Shown here: piece by piece, positions 62,948 through 64,000 of the stretch
Layout of the letters: every line of letters begins with the position of its first letter
Numbering within the stretch: position 1 is the first letter of the stretch
Made by a program: the position numbers and the translations under genes
Notes under the pieces: generated by a model
What the model saw: the letters and a program-made list of their open reading frames with translations, nothing else
Database searches by the model: none
Told to the model about the DNA's origin: nothing
NCBI GenBank assembly: GCA_965224085.1
Contig: CBDCYI010000011.1
Span: 704,001 to 768,000, forward strand
Direction: 5' to 3'
DNA: 64,000 nucleotides
Origin: Candidatus Marinacidobacterales bacterium
GTDB lineage: Bacteria; Acidobacteriota; Vicinamibacteria; Marinacidobacterales; SMYC01

Positions 62948-63921
62948 ATTCCGTACGGATCCTCGTGATGGTACTCGAGCCGGTTGCGCTCGGGACATCG
63001 TCTGCCGTCGTGCGCGACAAACGTGCACTGTCCCCCATCTCGCACCCATACGAAACGTTTCACCGCGGCGGCGATGCCGCGCACACCCGGTGACGTGTCG
63101 GCGTCTTCGACATTCGTTCTCGGGTTCTTCGTTTTACCGAAACGCTTGGCTTCGAGCCGCTCGAGCTTTTCGCTCACCGCCGCGTCGATGACCGAAGCGA
63201 GGTCACTACCGGGAATGAGCGCCTCGAGTCGTTCGAGTTTGTCGCGAAGCTCGGCGCTCGCCGTGAATGTTACTTGATAGCGCGCCGGTGATAGCGGCGC
63301 CACGGTCGGACGTTTTTCAGGTGCTGTCTCACGTGCCTGTGGCGGCTCATTCTCACCCGGCTCACCCGGCTCACCCGGCTCACCCGGCTCACCGTGCGCC
63401 TCTGCTCTTTCTTCACGTTGCTCGTCCGACGGCTTGGAAGGCTTGGACGATCCGGACTGGGCTTTCGGTTGCGGCTTCTTTCGAATCTTCGGTGGAACAT
63501 CCGGTTTCGGAGCCCATTCCGCCACGAGCTCTTCGAGCTCGCGTTTGCTCTTGTGAGTGGCTCTTGCCAAGACCTCTTCGCCATTGGCCTCGGTGAGATG
63601 TTTCGCGATCACGGCGATGCCACACAAGTGAAGGCGTCCATCCTCGAGCATTGTGAGAAGCGCGGGAAATCTGCGTGATAGCCGGGCGGCGGTGATTCGC
63701 CGATAGGCTTGCGCTTCCGATAAATGCAAAACGTCCAAGCAAAAGCGGAACATGGACGGCGCGGCTTCGCGAGCAAAGAGACGACGCGCATCGACCGCAG
63801 CGATATGCGCGACGAGCACGGCCTCGCGACACCGCGACTCCTTGAGGGCGTCCGATAGTCGAACAAGAAGCTCGTCATCCGATAATGCTGAGAGCCATTT
63901 CAATGTGTCCTTTGTAGTCAT
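62948..63921 (-). pseudogene. DUF222-like/HNH endonuclease domain protein truncated within the HNH motif by IS110 end
   Basis: LSDDELL.RL...LHLSEAQAYRRI.AAR; VWVRDGGQCTF...RC...LEYHHEDPYGM, then IS end sequence. Confidence 0.8.
63352..63393. repeat. 9-bp tandem repeat (CTCACCCGG)x4 plus partial, encoding GEP repeats
   Basis: Direct reading; lies in the linker of the HNH protein. Confidence 0.9.
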
Positions 63922-64000
63922 GCTTTCTTATAACATGGACTTTTTGGACGCTCACCGCTAGCGAGTAACTAACACTATCGGATAGAAACGCTTTCGAAGT

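Noticed and set aside
62948-62960. Minus-strand TCCGTAC as the predicted donor right half CCTGTAC
   Set aside because: Only a partial match with the wrong core, and the bases encode the DPY residues expected in the HNH motif

Overview
High-GC bacterial chromosome segment. The gene content (MSL..G.RLG.YE-type Ser/Thr kinase N-terminus, DUF4388 and J-domain/TPR proteins, MacB-like permease, many secreted amidohydrolases) suggests Acidobacteriota, which is an inference. It holds catabolic and housekeeping genes (acyl-CoA ligases and dehydrogenases, tyrA, ltaE, and an hsp20-groES-groEL operon with a CIRCE operator and sigma70 promoter), four IS transposases (ISNCY, IS1380, IS200/IS605, IS110), an IS1380-derived 190-bp MITE interrupting a peptidase gene, a PIN toxin-antitoxin pair and about ten truncated or internally deleted gene remnants. 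The main finding is at 60.5-63 kb. An IS110 recombinase has an upstream non-coding region that reads as a two-loop bridge RNA. Its target guides spell GGTATG-GGCGAAGT, the G-M-G-E-V codons of a kinase Gly-rich loop, and the element sits at exactly that codon of a kinase gene. A second, inverted copy of the element right end is joined to a near-cognate site in an HNH gene, bracketing two co-oriented passenger genes. Other candidates are an unusual Zn-ribbon plus CorA-like gene pair and a possible orphan toxin-immunity pair. No rRNA, tRNA or CRISPR array was seen. All family calls come from motif recognition, with no database search.
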